From assembly GCA_951406725.2 (NCBI GenBank), contig OX597820.1, forward strand, positions 69,812,001-69,876,000: a stretch of DNA of 64,000 nt. Direction: 5' to 3'. The notes below the pieces were generated by a model. The model saw nothing but the letters and a program-made list of their open reading frames with translations. It did no database searches and was not told where the DNA came from. The DNA comes from Octopus vulgaris. Its lineage: Eukaryota. Of this stretch, positions 1 to 14,895 are shown piece after piece (the stretch's first letter is position 1; every line of letters starts with the position of its first letter). Both the position numbers and the translations under genes were made by a program.

Positions 1-99
1 AAGTGATTAGTTATCAAATGTCTGACCTCCAAAATTAATTTCGTGTCAGTTTGAGGTTAGCAATTCTCTCAGTGGTTGATATTTCATTCTTTTCATTTC

Positions 100-487
100 T
101 TCTTTAGGCACAAGGCCCGAAATTTTGGGGGAGGGAGCCAGTTAATTAAATCGACCGCAGTACGCAACTGGTACTTAATTTTGTCGCCCCGAAAGGATAA
201 AAGGAAAAGTCTACCTCGGCGGAATTTGAACTCAGAACGTAGAGACTGACGATATATCTATTTCTTTACTAACCACAAGGGGCTAAATACAGAGATGACA
301 AACAAGGGCAGACAAACGGATTAAGTCGATTATACCGACCCCAGTGCGTAACTGGTACTTATTTAATCGACCCCAAACGGATGAAAGGCAAAGTCGACCA
401 CGGCGGAATTTGAACTCGGAACGTAACGGCAGACGAAATACTGCTAAGCATTTCGCCCGGCGTGCTAACGTTTCTGCCAGCTCGCCA
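100..487 (-). mobile_element. tRNA-derived SINE, family A, dimeric form
   Basis: The minus strand begins GGCGAGCTGGCAGAAACGTTAG (A-box-like) and has GAGTTCAAATTCC (B-box-like). The body GCCTTTCATCC...GGGGTCGAT...AAGTACCAG occurs twice around a linker. The same layout recurs at 62055-62450. Confidence 0.85.
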
Positions 488-1570
488 TGACATTAACTGT
501 CAAATAGGTGTACCCGCCAAGGCAAGAAATGTACAATAAGAGATAAGAGGAAGTTGAATGAAATAAGCAATCTGGTTTCGAGTCGCGGTGGAAATAAAGT
601 ATGCATATTTTTAACATTAATGCTCATCGTTTCCTATTGTAACACCACTCTCAGCCTTCGCTACATTTAACTGAGTGTACTCATTTAAACATTCAGGTCA
701 GGTTTCCACTCTGAGGATAACAAGATATTTCACCGTTTCTTCCACTATTTTCCGGGACTATGCAAAGAGATTATAGGTATTGATGAAGTCATACGAAAGG
801 CACATTTTTGTAGACTAGTCAACGAACAGTGACTGCAAATCGGATAAGTTTGTATCCTATAATGTTGAGAAACTACGAGTAGTGATGTGAGTATGCCATG
901 CTTGTATTACACATGCACATACTCCCGTACATATCGCATCATTACTAATATATATAAAAGAAAATGTTTTTTTCCCTCTGTATGCCATGTTATGCATGCC
1001 CAGTGATACATATTAACCGGTTGTAGCATTTTCCAGACCGGAGTAAATGTTTATGCGCATGCCCGAAGACAAAAATTACCGTCAGTGCTATTTGAAATTT
1101 TTTCTTCGCGTATCAATCTTGCGATCTATCCATACAATTTGATTTGCTTTTGAGATATAAGACATTTAGAAATATTTATTGCATGGTGTTTTCTCTATGT
1201 TGGATATTACGAATATGCAAAAAAATAAAAAAAAGCTTTTCAAATTTAATCCCACCCCCACCCCCAATTTAAAATCTTGATTTTTTTTTTTTTTACTTTA
1301 AAGAGATCGTAGCGAATTGACGAACATAGGCAAAACGAAATCAAATTTAGACAAACACATTTTACTTGTGTATGCCTTAAATAATCGTAAATAATAATTA
1401 AATGCAAATTAAATACACACCATTTTATGAGAAACAAACAATAATATGTTTAATAATTACTGTTAGAAAGTTTAATAAAATGCTCAAATTTCACCCCTCC
1501 CCTAATTTTAAATTTTGGACATTTTCATCTATTTATTTGTCTGTCTATCAATTTATCTCTATCCATTTAT

Positions 1571-2003
<433 letters not shown>

Positions 2004-4045
2004 TTACCTGTAATCTTTATGAATGGTAGTGGGGTGCATTATCTAGACGACCGTGATGGCTTTTAGGAGGAAACCGAAAGAACGTAACTAATTTTGACAA
2101 AACATTTCCTCATCTCCTCTCGCTTCAACCAAACCTCCATTTTGAATCTGAATATTCTATTCATTAATCGTGTAGAACTCATATGTGGAGATTTTGAATT
2201 AAACTTAGAATTCTCTACGTTTATTATAATTGTATGAAGTTTATTCGTTGAGAGAAGTTATTTAAAATAAATGACTTACGATGTTAATTATGAAGTTGAT
2301 TTATTATATATTCAGGTATAATCTATGCTACATTCCTTCTCGTTATCAATGATGTATATTCTATACCATGTTTCGGAACTTTCTATGTCGTGCATTATCA
2401 CATACATTTATTATTATATAGCAAAATGGCCTTGCACATACATTAGAAAACATTATTATAAAGCAAAACTTATACATATTAAAAATATGCCTTAAAATTT
2501 GAAGTTTATTCGCCCGAAGGCAATTAACGACAAATTATCATGATTCGTAATATTTTTGGATTAAACGAAGATTCTACTTACGAAATTATTGCGACATAAA
2601 TTATTGAATAGCTGGGTTTATAGATTAAAACACACTTTATTTCCTAGGATAGACACTCGAATTGATAGTTTGTGCTTGCCTTTGTCTGGTATAAATAGGT
2701 TTTGAGATACATTTATATGAGCTACATTTGCAGTGCTTTTATTTTTTTACTATTTTTTCCTTTTTAGTTATAAACAGATTATTCATAAAATATGTGAAGC
2801 TACATATATTGAATGCAATCGTAAATGAATGAACCAGAAACTGAAAATAAAAATAAATTTTCTTTGAATATTTTGTATACACATGAATTGCTGTTGATTC
2901 ATTTTCAGAAATCTGATGGAGTGCTTCAGTAGAAACCACAAAGTTTAAGGTTCATATCTTATAATCGGAGCCACATTAAGCTTGTGAGCAAAATACACAA
3001 TTCTCATATTGCGCTCTTCACTTCGCTAAATTTAAGTACTATACAGTATAAAAATATGGTTAAAAGAGAGACTATTTCGTTAATTTGTTATGCAATGTTC
3101 AACCTCATTTGTTAGTAATAATTATGATTGATTTCTGTTCATGTTCAATTTCTCATGAAAATTATGAAGACAAGGGGTTCTGTTGAACATCTCACTCCAA
3201 AGAGACGTCCAGCTTTCATTGAATACCCAGGGTGAAAGTGAACAGAAATGTTTGAGTAATCGGCATTTGAAAGCTTAAGTTAAAAGGAATTTTCGAATGA
3301 AACTCCTGTGATTTATCACATGAAACCGAAGGATTTGCATCAGAGTGTCCCTCTCATAGAAGAATGTTATGATGTCCTGGGCACAACTGAAAACTGCATC
3401 CGGTAGAGGGGCTCTGCCTCAGGAGTCCCTTAGTTTTGAGGAATGTGGAACCAGCTCTTAATTACTATTCTTTCTTGACCCTGATCAATAGCACCTGTCA
3501 GGTTCCTAGCTGCGAAATTCTCATTTTTAATTTTATCTCAACCGATTTTCCATAGAAATTCGGTGCCTGCATTCATGAGAACATCGTACTGCTAAAACTA
3601 AAGTAAGGCACACTATAGGCTCGGGTCTATCGTAGAAAACACTTGCACAAGATTCTTCCCCGTAGGCCTGAACTCTAAACAACGTAGCTGCCAAGCCAGC
3701 TTCTAAACCAAAAAGCCACTCCTACTCCTAAATAGAAAAACTAGAGATGTCTAGTTATGTAAATTTCTTCATGTCTAGAAATGTAATTTAAAACCTGTAG
3801 GGAGTTTGAACGCCTAACCTAATGGTTCAACACATTACCCCTTTCAGCTATCTTAGGTTCTAAGCTTACATAACAAAACCTTAATTTTGATTTTCACAAT
3901 AGTAATGCTTATTGTAGTCGAACGTACTCAACAGACCGAGGCACACTATTGGTTTTGATGATCCAGCACATTTCCACTACATGTCTATTATAATCTCGAG
4001 GAATACTGAATTCATGAAATGTCAATATCATTCAATCCCCCAAAG

Positions 4046-4250
4046 GAGGGCCAGTTGAAAGAATCGTTACCGTGCCGAGTAAAATGCTTTGCGGCATTTC
4101 GTCCGTCTTTACGTTCTGAGTTCAAATTCCGTTGACGTCGACTTAGCTTTTCATCTTTTCCGGGTCGATAAAATAAGTACCAGTTAAGCACAAGGGTTTG
4201 ATGTAATCGAATTTCTGCTGCCACGGAAATTTCAGGCCTTGTGCCAAAAA
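4046..4250 (+). mobile_element. SINE family A, monomeric
   Basis: GAGTTCAAATTCC...GCTTTTCATCTTTTCCGGGTCGATAAAATAAGTACCAG...GAAATTTCAGGCCTTGTGCC. Confidence 0.8.
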
Positions 4251-4441
4251 TTGAAGTCAATATTATTCAATCCATCTGTGTATTTATTATCTAATAAAAT
4301 AGTAAATATTATAAGGTTGATTGCCAGGTGGAAGAAATGGTAATAAGATACTAAGATAATTTCTTCTCGAACTCAGAGACGTCGTTAGAACAGCAGAAAC
4401 ATTGGGTAAAATATGTCAACAACCAGCTATATATATATATA

Positions 4442-4692
4442 CTTCATTATTATAAAAGCTGCAAATACAACACAAAAAACTGCTACTCAGTGTTTCAAGT
4501 TTCCCTTCGTCGTACAGTTTAGATGGAGAATCTAAACTGCCCGACGAACGCGAACGTGAAACCCTGAGGAACAGTTTTTTGTGATATTATTGTGATGTTT
4601 TTGCAGTTTTAATGATAATAAACTAATAAAGCGTATTACTCTACCTCCGGTATTTTCCCCACCTTGTTTCACATTTATGTGCTTACATTGGT
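4442..4692. mobile_element. (TA)n-flanked PLE-type remnant with inverted repeat (4471-4583) and degenerate HHR motifs
   Basis: Arms 4471-4524 and 4530-4583. The right arm reads AACTGC CCGACGA ACGCGAACGT GAAAC CCTGAGGA ACAGTT. Confidence 0.6.
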
Positions 4693-4697
4693 GTATG

Positions 4698-4735
<38 letters not shown>

Positions 4736-4939
4736 TGTATGTATATATATATATATAACAAAGGGTAAAATTAATTAATTAAGAAGTAATCAATAATTTC
4801 AGCAAGTAGAATTCGGCATGAAAAATTCGGCGGTACTAACACTAAATATGATCTGTCTGATACCGTTAGGTGGAGAGATATGTTCAGTTATTCCAGTACC
4901 TTCGAATTTAATATTTCAATATGTAATTATTGCCGGAGT

Positions 4940-5022
4940 CCCATGCTGATGAAGAAAATGGTTGGTAACGTATAATTCTATATTCTTTATACCGATCTAA
5001 TTCCGAAACGCGCGTCCATGGG
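4940..5022 (+). ncRNA. type I hammerhead ribozyme motif (PLE-type)
   Basis: Stem I CCCATG/CATGGG, core CTGATGA, imperfect ~50-nt stem II, then GAAAC-GCGC-GTC with palindromic stem III ACGCGCGT. Lies in a (TA)n-flanked segment at 4758-5203. Confidence 0.8.
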
Positions 5023-5202
5023 TGACCAGATATTGATTGATTTTCGTTACTTTTCCTCTCTGCCTGTGTGGATTGTTTTCAAGTATTTTGATTTTTCTGG
5101 GAGTCCCTTTTTAAAGTAGAAGAAATAGCTAAAGTTTTTTGGCTGCTATTTCTAAACTTCGGTATGTGGTAAAGCAAATATTTGCTGAACCCTAATTATT
5201 AA

Positions 5203-5311
<109 letters not shown>

Positions 5312-5785
5312 GTATTTATATGCCTTCTAGAAATGTTGATGAGGCTAACTTCATACGAAGCAACTATTTGGCTTTACAGTGTTCAATCCTTACAAAATTC
5401 CCATTGCATGTCATCATTCTAGGTAGAGTGGGGGCGATAAATTTAACACCAGTCCAGTATTTGAATCGAAAAAAATTCGTCTAAATCCAAACATGCCTAC
5501 ATAATTCCTAATGTTAAGTAATGTACAAAATCTATGGTATATATATATATATATATATTATAGATTAAACTTATATCGTAGAATAGAAAAAATTCAAAGT
5601 TAAGGTGAGGGATATTTTTGTTTAAATAAGTGTTCAATTTTTTCTACATGAATATTTATAAAACATGAAGAACAAAATGAACAGAATAAGCCATGAGGAA
5701 GTTTTAAATTGAAGACCTGAAAAAATGACACAAAATGACATACATACATACATACATACATACATACATACATACACACAAACAA

Positions 5786-5836
<51 letters not shown>

Positions 5837-8008
5837 TACAAATACATACAGGCATACATACATTTTTATATTTATATGCCTTCTAGAAATGTTGGAGAAG
5901 TTAACTTCATAAGAGCCAACCTCAATGGAAGTATCTACCCCAGGCGAATGTTTCGTAGGTTTGGCGAAAATGATAGACAGGTGGTCAGTTGTATGGGGAA
6001 GTGTTATAAAAGAACGCCCTCCAGCTGTTATTGACATAACGTGTCATTGCAAATCTAAATATCCAGGGATTTCACTTTTTTGTTCATTATCTATCATCCA
6101 AGTATTTGCTTCCCCATGGTCAAACTCGAGCCAGACAAGCCAGTGTCCGGTTTATAAACACCTTTCTTGTTAAAAGAAATCTGATCAGCTCAGAATATTT
6201 ACAAATTTTCTTTCATATCAATGATTTAATAGAAGCAAATTTGACTGTAAATAAGTTTATTCCAATCGTGAGTGCTTCGTCTGTGTAACTTGAAGTTCGA
6301 CCAATTCATGTAAATATTCAGTACATATAAAACCTCTTGGGACAAGTGGACACATAACTGACCACTGCTATAAAAGATAAGAATTATGATTGCGTATCAA
6401 AGTTTCGTCTTTCTTAAGATGGTTGGGGGAGATTACAGATGGGAATGGTATCTGATGGGATTTTAATGCTGCAATTTTTTTTATTCGTTTATTTCTATTC
6501 TATTTATTTTCTATTTATTTATGATTATATCGAAAATTCGTCAACACAGTAATTATATGAAGAAGGCTGTTAGGCTTTGAGAAGTGTACTGGGTCAGTAA
6601 CAAAACGTCAATAACCTCTGGATGCTATGAAACACGTGCTGCAGGCTTCAACCAACCGAGTGTAAAATTTCCAACGCAGCCAAATGCCCGCCAGGAAGAA
6701 TCTTTGTTGAAGCTAGATCCCTGCATCTTTCGATGCTACAAGTACAAAGAGATACAGCAAGAAAGTTCCAGTTGAAGGTCTGGAAGTCAATAACGTTATT
6801 GTAAACTTTGTATTGTAACTTCTTTACAAAGAAACTAAAAACTGAACATGTATATCATCAGTCAGTGGCTGGCTTCGAGTATTTAATTAGACCGATGACT
6901 AACGTATATTATTATCCTCGGTATTATTGAATAGAACACATAGCTACCATCACTCATATATGAAGAGACAATTCATCTCTTTCGTCTCAATTTTCGTAGC
7001 AAAATATGTTTCTGTTACGCATAAAACTGTAAATGTTTGTTAATATTTTCTTTACGCTAAGGGCGATGGATTAAATGAATCATAAAAACAATCGAACAGA
7101 AATAATGCCTTGCGGTATGTTGATACCTTACTACAGTTCGCAGTTCAAATTCTGCAGAGATCACGTTTACTTTAATCCTTCTTCCATTCAGAAAATAAAA
7201 TCCCAACCAAATACTTTGATTGACTTGATCGATCGATAGTCATATACGCAAACTGAGGTCTTGTGTCTAAGTTAAATACAAACGTTTGGTTAAGAAACCG
7301 TTTCGTTCGCCAATTACTCTTAATCTTTGGAGCTTCAATCAAATATGCCGAACAGTATATAATTCCAACCTTTACGTTCTGAGTTCACATCCCATAAAGA
7401 TCAACTTAATTTTTCATTCTCTCAAAAGAAGAAGACACCTGTCACGTATCATTGTGTTGGAGTCGGTAAAATGACTCAATGTAGTTGACATTTTTCTCCT
7501 AGCCATCAAACTTTAGGTATTGTACCTACCAAACAAAAAAATATTTACATCGCTTAGGTAATTTGATTCACGGAAACGAGTTGGGAATCGCTCAAGTACG
7601 CATGCGGCACGAAAACATTATAGTTAAGCGTGCCTTCGCAAATTGTTGCTCTATCTCGATGACATTTCCTTAACTAAAAACACGCTTCTAATTATTGACT
7701 ATATTTTTCAGAAAAGCTGGGGAGACCATCTCGAAATTTTAATTACGTAAAATTAATTAAGTTAAATCATCGTGTATAATACGCATTCAGTTTACTTCTG
7801 AGTCAAAATTGAAATTAGGGGCACATTTACTGAAGGATAACTTGATATATTGAATAGGAGTAGCAAATTAATTTTACAGGAAAAAGGGAGTCGAAAACTT
7901 CGAAATTTCACCTATAGTTTTTTAAGCCTCCATCAGTGAAATTTATGTCTCCATTTTCCTTGTAAAAATAAAAACCCTTTTAACACATATAAATATATAT
8001 GTGTGTGT

Positions 8009-8046
<38 letters not shown>

Positions 8047-8170
8047 ATAATGTTGCTATGACAGATCTTGATGTAACTTTTCAAAAATGCACATCCATAA
8101 GAGATGTGATCTCTGAACAAATACTGCAGTAGGTGGCCTAGCATTGGTGTATATATATATATATATATAT

Positions 8171-8525
8171 ATACAAAATTAAGAGGAATGACCACTAAAG
8201 TGAACACACTATATGCTAAACATAGACGTAAAATCGCCATAAGCACGAAGAATGTGTTCTCAAGAAAAAATCTCAGCAAAACGCCAAACCTTTTCATTTG
8301 TCTTGCTCATTTTTACATTTTGGCGTTTTGCTGAGATTTTTTTCTGGAGAACACATTCTTCGAGGTAATGGCGATTTGACCTCTATGTTTAGCATATAGG
8401 GTGTCCACTTTAGTGGTCATTCCTCTTAATTTTGTATGTAACGCAATTTTTAATCTTCAGATTTTTTAAATATGCTAAGCTACTGGTTAAATTGATTAAC
8501 ATCAATTTCTACCCTTATTATTTAA

Positions 8526-8530
<5 letters not shown>
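8171..8530. repeat. long inverted repeat in a (TA)n-flanked element
   Basis: Arms 8171-8288 and 8319-8437 (~118 bp, about 90% identical by eye) with a 30-bp spacer. Confidence 0.9.
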
Positions 8531-8572
<42 letters not shown>

Positions 8573-8758
8573 GGATGTATAAATACACACGCACGTACAT
8601 ACACACAAACACATACACACACACATACAGTCACACAATTTGACTGCAACCATGCTGGAGCACCTACTTCAATGATTTTAGTCCACCAAATTGACTTATT
8701 TTACATTCAGCCTAGTACTTATTCTATTGGTTTGTTTTGTTGAACCACCAGACTACGA

Positions 8759-8813
<55 letters not shown>

Positions 8814-9199
8814 GTGTGTGTGTATATATATATATATATATCTTTAGTCAGTCAGTTTGATGAGCTCCACTACCTCAAATGTTCTTAAAATTTAAATCCA
8901 TATCTTTGTCTATGTATCTACCTTCTCTATAATATTGCCACTTGATATGAAAATTTTTGTAATAATGGAAAACCTCTATAATTGGCTGATGAGTACTCAG
9001 CATTTTAAAACTATTGTAATAATTACAACATTTAATAAAATGATGTAGTACGAAACGATCATACCAAATTACCGGAGTCATTCTTGTTGCTTATTTTGAT
9101 TATAATCACCCCACGGATTTTTATGGATAACAGCATACAGAATTCTGGTGCATCTAAATTAAGTACCATATTCATTTGAATCTAAATTTTTGCTGAACT

Positions 9200-9796
<597 letters not shown>

Positions 9797-10686
9797 ACGT
9801 GTGAATGCGTGTGTGTTTGAATAAAAAGGGTTACATTCTGTAATGTTGACTAGAGTAGGAACCGTTGAAATCCAAATGATAATATTATGGATGTTATACA
9901 AATCGTCACATGCTCCATGGATTGTAGTCCCCAACACAACCCCAAGAGTACTAACACAAGGAAACATTGAACTCACGACCACCTATTTGTAGGCGAGTAT
10001 TTTATCCACTTGACTATTTCGTCTGAATAAGATTTACCAAATTTCTGTTCGCCGAAAAGAAAAAGAAAATTCAAATAACCTTAATGTTTACTTCATGTGG
10101 TTATGTGCGTAGTTGCAACATAAAGTTAATTTTCTGTGTACACACGAAATATTCCCAAAAGAGGTCATTTGAAAAATATGTGAAATCCGTTAGTCAAAGA
10201 ATTGTGTACATAATTTATTTTTTCATCAAAAATACGCATTAACTGGAATTTTGCAACAAGACGAAATATTTCTACAAATATTAGGGACAAGCGTTCACTA
10301 GAAACAGATCCAAAAATAGATCGAACGTACTCCTTGAAGAATCGAAGTCAAGATTAGCATTGCTCATATCCTTCGGCAGTTTAGACATCAAATTATAGCT
10401 TTGGAACAGCTGAAGATGTTCTTAGTTATCGTCGCAGGGATTCGAGATCTTCTCTTGGAAAAGCAGAATTATTGAGAGACGAGAAAATATCAATTAAGCT
10501 GAGAGGTCCTGGCGTGAATGTATGATTAGTAATCATTGATCGCAACTGAAGGTCAACGTGATGCTGTGCGAGATACACAGCAGTAAGGAAATAGAGACTT
10601 AGTGCCAACTAAATCATGCAATTACAGGTTCACTCCTTATGAAAGTATTTCTCTGTCATATTATCATTCTGTCCCTCTCTCATTCG

Positions 10687-10754
<68 letters not shown>

Positions 10755-11602
10755 GCATATAAAAATATATATATATATGCATATATACATATGCACATAT
10801 ATATATATACATATCTATATATATATATTTATATATATATATATATATATATGCATATATATATATATGCATATATATATATATATATATAAATATATGC
10901 ATATATTTATATAGTTAAATCTGTCTGTCGTTCTATCTATCTTTCTATCTATCTTTATTGCTATCTCTTAATTTTCTGTTTAACAATACACCAAGTGTGC
11001 GTGTGCAGATATAACATATAATTGTACAGGTGTATGTATAAAATAAATTTAACACATATTTAGCATTTCATTTTGATATCTATTTTATATCCGTTGAATA
11101 TATGAACTACATTATCAATTACTCATACATACATAAACACATCTACATACACTCATATACACACGCACGCATGTATTCGCGTGTATTTGTATACCTATAA
11201 ATATATTGTGTATGGATGTGCGCATTCATATAGCTACATGTGTATATTCGCATGTCACTTTATATATGGATATATGTAGATATATGTGAATGTGTGTGTG
11301 TATGTATATATTATATAATATGGATAGATAGATAAATAGATAGACAGATAGATACATATGTATATGTATATTCATATGCGTGTATGTGTATGTTTACATC
11401 TATATATGTGTATATCTTTCTATGTATAATGATATGTATATGTACGTTTGTATATTAGCTTGAGATTATATACACATCCACCATATTCACCAAAACTGTC
11501 CTGGATCTATACGAATTATTCGCTATCCACCACACGAGTCTATGTAAATGAATATAACGTATATATATGCGTTTGTGTGTATGTGTGTATGTGCATTTAT
11601 AT

Positions 11603-11641
<39 letters not shown>

Positions 11642-12570
11642 ACGTTCTAAAAGTAACTTTCACACATAGTGTGATGTAAGGGAGTGATTTTGACGTCCAT
11701 GCATTCACTGAATGCATTGTCAAAACATATCGGAAATGGCGTCGCTGGGAGACGAACGGATTTATTTCTGCACCTCGGCTTATATAATAAATACGTCAAC
11801 ACGCGCAATGAACATGAACGCATTCTTTGTTTGTCTTTCCACTCTAGACTCCCTCCATCTCCTCACACTTGTATATAGAGGTACAAAATAGGAGAATATG
11901 AAAAAATTGTTAATCGATGTCAACTGCTAAATGTAAACAAACGTACACGTCACGTCTAAGGTCTTTTGGTTCACGTAACACTGTCTGAAACATTGGTAAT
12001 TTAAAAAGAATTTATCTTACAGCTTATAGCTTATATATGTAGTACAAACTGCGAGCATCTATGTGTGTGCAATTGTATGTATGTACGTTTGTATGCCATT
12101 GTTCAGTTTTATTTCAAGGTGTCTTGCCAATAGAGAAAGAGCGGGTTTCTAACCAAGATTCAAGGATCCTTCATTGAAAGTTCAACATCAACAACAGCGT
12201 AGTTTTGTTTGTTTGTATATGTGCATATTTGTATGTTTTGCTTTATGTATGTATTCTCATGCATATAGTTGCATATCTAAACATGCTCATATATATTTAA
12301 ATGATAAACTTCAGGAAAGTCTCACAGATTTTACAGTTCCAGTAATGTGTTGGATCTGTAGTCTTAGAATTAGCTTTCCCCTTTCTGGTTTTGAGAAGCC
12401 TAATTTCTCAAGATTCGTATTTAGACAGTGTGTTACATATATCAGGACCCTATAACTTACAGGTTATGTATGTACGTAAACGTATGTGTATATATATATC
12501 ATCATCATTATTATTGTTGTTGTTGTTGTTTCTGTTACTATCAATATCTATATATATATATATGTATATA

Positions 12571-12614
<44 letters not shown>

Positions 12615-12619
<5 letters not shown>

Positions 12620-12854
12620 TTGGGCTAAAATTACCTGACAGTAAATGAAAACCATTTAATTCCAAGATTAAGACTAAAAATTATTCCGTATGAGACTTCG
12701 CTCATAAATAGACAAATGCTGAAAAGGTAAACGTCGATTTTAACTCAGAGTATTCAATTATTAAACATTTCATAATTGGAATGAATAAATAAAATGGAAT
12801 ATTACGTACTTATGGAATCTCGATTTACTGTCGGGTGACTTCTGGCCAACCATG
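12615..12854. mobile_element. MITE-like element with ~30-bp imperfect TIRs (Tc1/mariner-like)
   Basis: Left end CAGAGTTGGGCTAAAATTACCTGACAGTAAAT versus right-end reverse complement CATGGTTGGCCAGAAGTCACCCGACAGTAAAT. Confidence 0.65.
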
Positions 12855-13095
12855 TGTGTGTGTATGTATATATATACATATATATACAAAATAAGAAAAT
12901 GGAGGAATACACCTTAATCCATAATCAACTAGCAGATAATACCCATTCACATAATTTATTAGTCAACTACATATGAACATCAAGGTCAAACACAATAATA
13001 CAGAACAAAACAGTGCACATCAATGAGTAATATGATACAATAAGTACAATACGTATAAATAAATATAAATAAATATAAATATAAATATAAACTAT

Positions 13096-13222
13096 ATCTT
13101 ACAGTTGTTTCAGTCATGTAGATATGAGTATCTCATTATGCTCATATTAGCCAGGTGTGATAAGTTAATATGTGGTTATAAATGAGACACTTACATATAT
13201 ATCCAAAGGCCTCTTCAGAGAT
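13096..13222 (-). ncRNA. type I hammerhead motif with ~100-nt stem II
   Basis: Minus strand: ATCT CTGAAGA GGCC...(~100 nt)...GACT GAAAC AACT GTA AGAT. Confidence 0.65.
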
Positions 13223-13501
13223 TATAAAGTACAATCCAAATATGAATATAAGAGAAGGTACACCTATACAAGAATGAGTACATATACATAATATATAATA
13301 TACACATACATATAAGTGTATATACACATGCACCTATATATATATAAGTATATACATAATAATATATAATAATATACATACATATAAGGTTACAGTTAGT
13401 CAAATCAATATATTAGAATATACAAACATACATATATCCACATGAAAATGTACATATACAAAGTCAAGAGTTCATTGTATTAAGTTACAAAATGCCATTA
13501 A

Positions 13502-13548
<47 letters not shown>

Positions 13549-13822
13549 ATTTTCATGTGGATATGTGTATGTTTGTATATTCTAATATATTGATTTGACT
13601 AACTGTAACCTTATATGTATGTATATTATTATATATTATTATGTATATACTTATATATATATAGGTGCATGTGTATATACACTTATATGTATGTGGATAT
13701 TATATATTATGTATATGTACTCATTCTTGTATAGGTGTACCTTTTCTTATATTCATATTTGGATTGTACTTTATAATCTCTGAAGAGGCCTTGGGATATA
13801 TATGTAAGTGTCTCATTTATAA
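13176..13822. repeat. ~277-bp inverted repeat with a spacer containing (ATT)n
   Basis: Arms 13176-13452 and 13546-13822. The ORF track shows near-identical peptides on opposite strands (13215-13403 minus, 13595-13783 plus). Confidence 0.95.
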
Positions 13823-13936
13823 TTGGTTTACATGAATATGTTTTTATCAAGTAATAGGGTCTTTGACATGAAGATAACATGTAACAGACCCCATTTAACG
13901 TTCTCGGATGTCTATTACTTGATACTCTTTAATCTT

Positions 13937-14365
13937 TTACTCTTTTACTTGTTTCAGTCATTTGACTGTGACCATGCTGGAGTATCACCTTTAGTCAAGA
14001 AAATCAACCCCAGGACTTATTATTTGTAAGCCTAGTACATATTCTATCGGTCTCTTTTGCCGAACCGCTAAGTTACGGGGACGTAAACACACCAGCATCG
14101 GTTGTCAAGTGATGTTGGGGGACAAACACAAACACATAAACACACACACACACATACATATATACATATATGCGACGGGATTTTTTGAGCTTCCGTCTAC
14201 CAAATCCACTCACAAGGCTTTGGTCGGCCCGAGGCTATAGTAGACCCATAATTGTTATGAAGGAGATCAACAAGACATTGCCCGAGGCATTGCCACGCAG
14301 TGGGAATGAACCTGGAACCATGTGGTTGGTAAGCAAACTACTTACCACACAGCCACTCCTGCGCC
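13937..14365 (-). mobile_element. SINE family B, full length
   Basis: Head GGCGCAGGAGTGGCTGTGTGGTAAG through tail GACTGAAACAAGTAAAAGA; ~25-bp internal insertion near 14246-14270. Confidence 0.9.
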
Positions 14366-14599
14366 TAGTAGCCACTCTTGCACCTGATCGGGATGTTTTC
14401 TTGTAAACTAATTTTCATCTTATCAGTATAAAAATAATTTATTACCTGAGCTGAATGTTTCTATGTAAACTAAGTTTTGACATCACAGAGAATACTCAAA
14501 ACGTCACACTTTACTTTTGAAAATCTCTTTAAATAACTCACCCCGATCAAAAGACTTCTGCGTTTTCATATTCTTTTCCTTATATACATAGATGTGTGC

Positions 14600-14643
<44 letters not shown>

Positions 14644-14805
14644 TTATGTGTGTAACTGTGTGTGAGTGTAAATACTCTCTCACAAGGATCAAGCATCGTA
14701 CTAGTCATACATCTAGGTTCCAGTCCTTCTGGCTGATTTTTCCTCGTTTAATTTGCTCATTTCTTCAACAATGCCTTTCTTATACCAATCATCGTCATAA
14801 TCGTT

Positions 14806-14854
14806 GTCATCATCATTTTCATCCTCTTCCTTCTCCTCCTCCTCCACCACCACC

Positions 14855-14888
<34 letters not shown>

Positions 14889-14895
14889 TCACCAC
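14806..14895. repeat. compound trinucleotide repeat (CAT)(CCT)(CCA)(CTA)n
   Basis: Read directly. Confidence 0.9.

Noticed and set aside
6550-6900. Solo LTR
   Set aside because: No clear TG...CA ends, TSD or second copy.
12136-12181. HHR-like TCAATGAAGG...GAAACCCGCTC (minus); similar weak hits near 31366, 36986 and 16910
   Set aside because: Multiple core mismatches and no convincing stem I or II.
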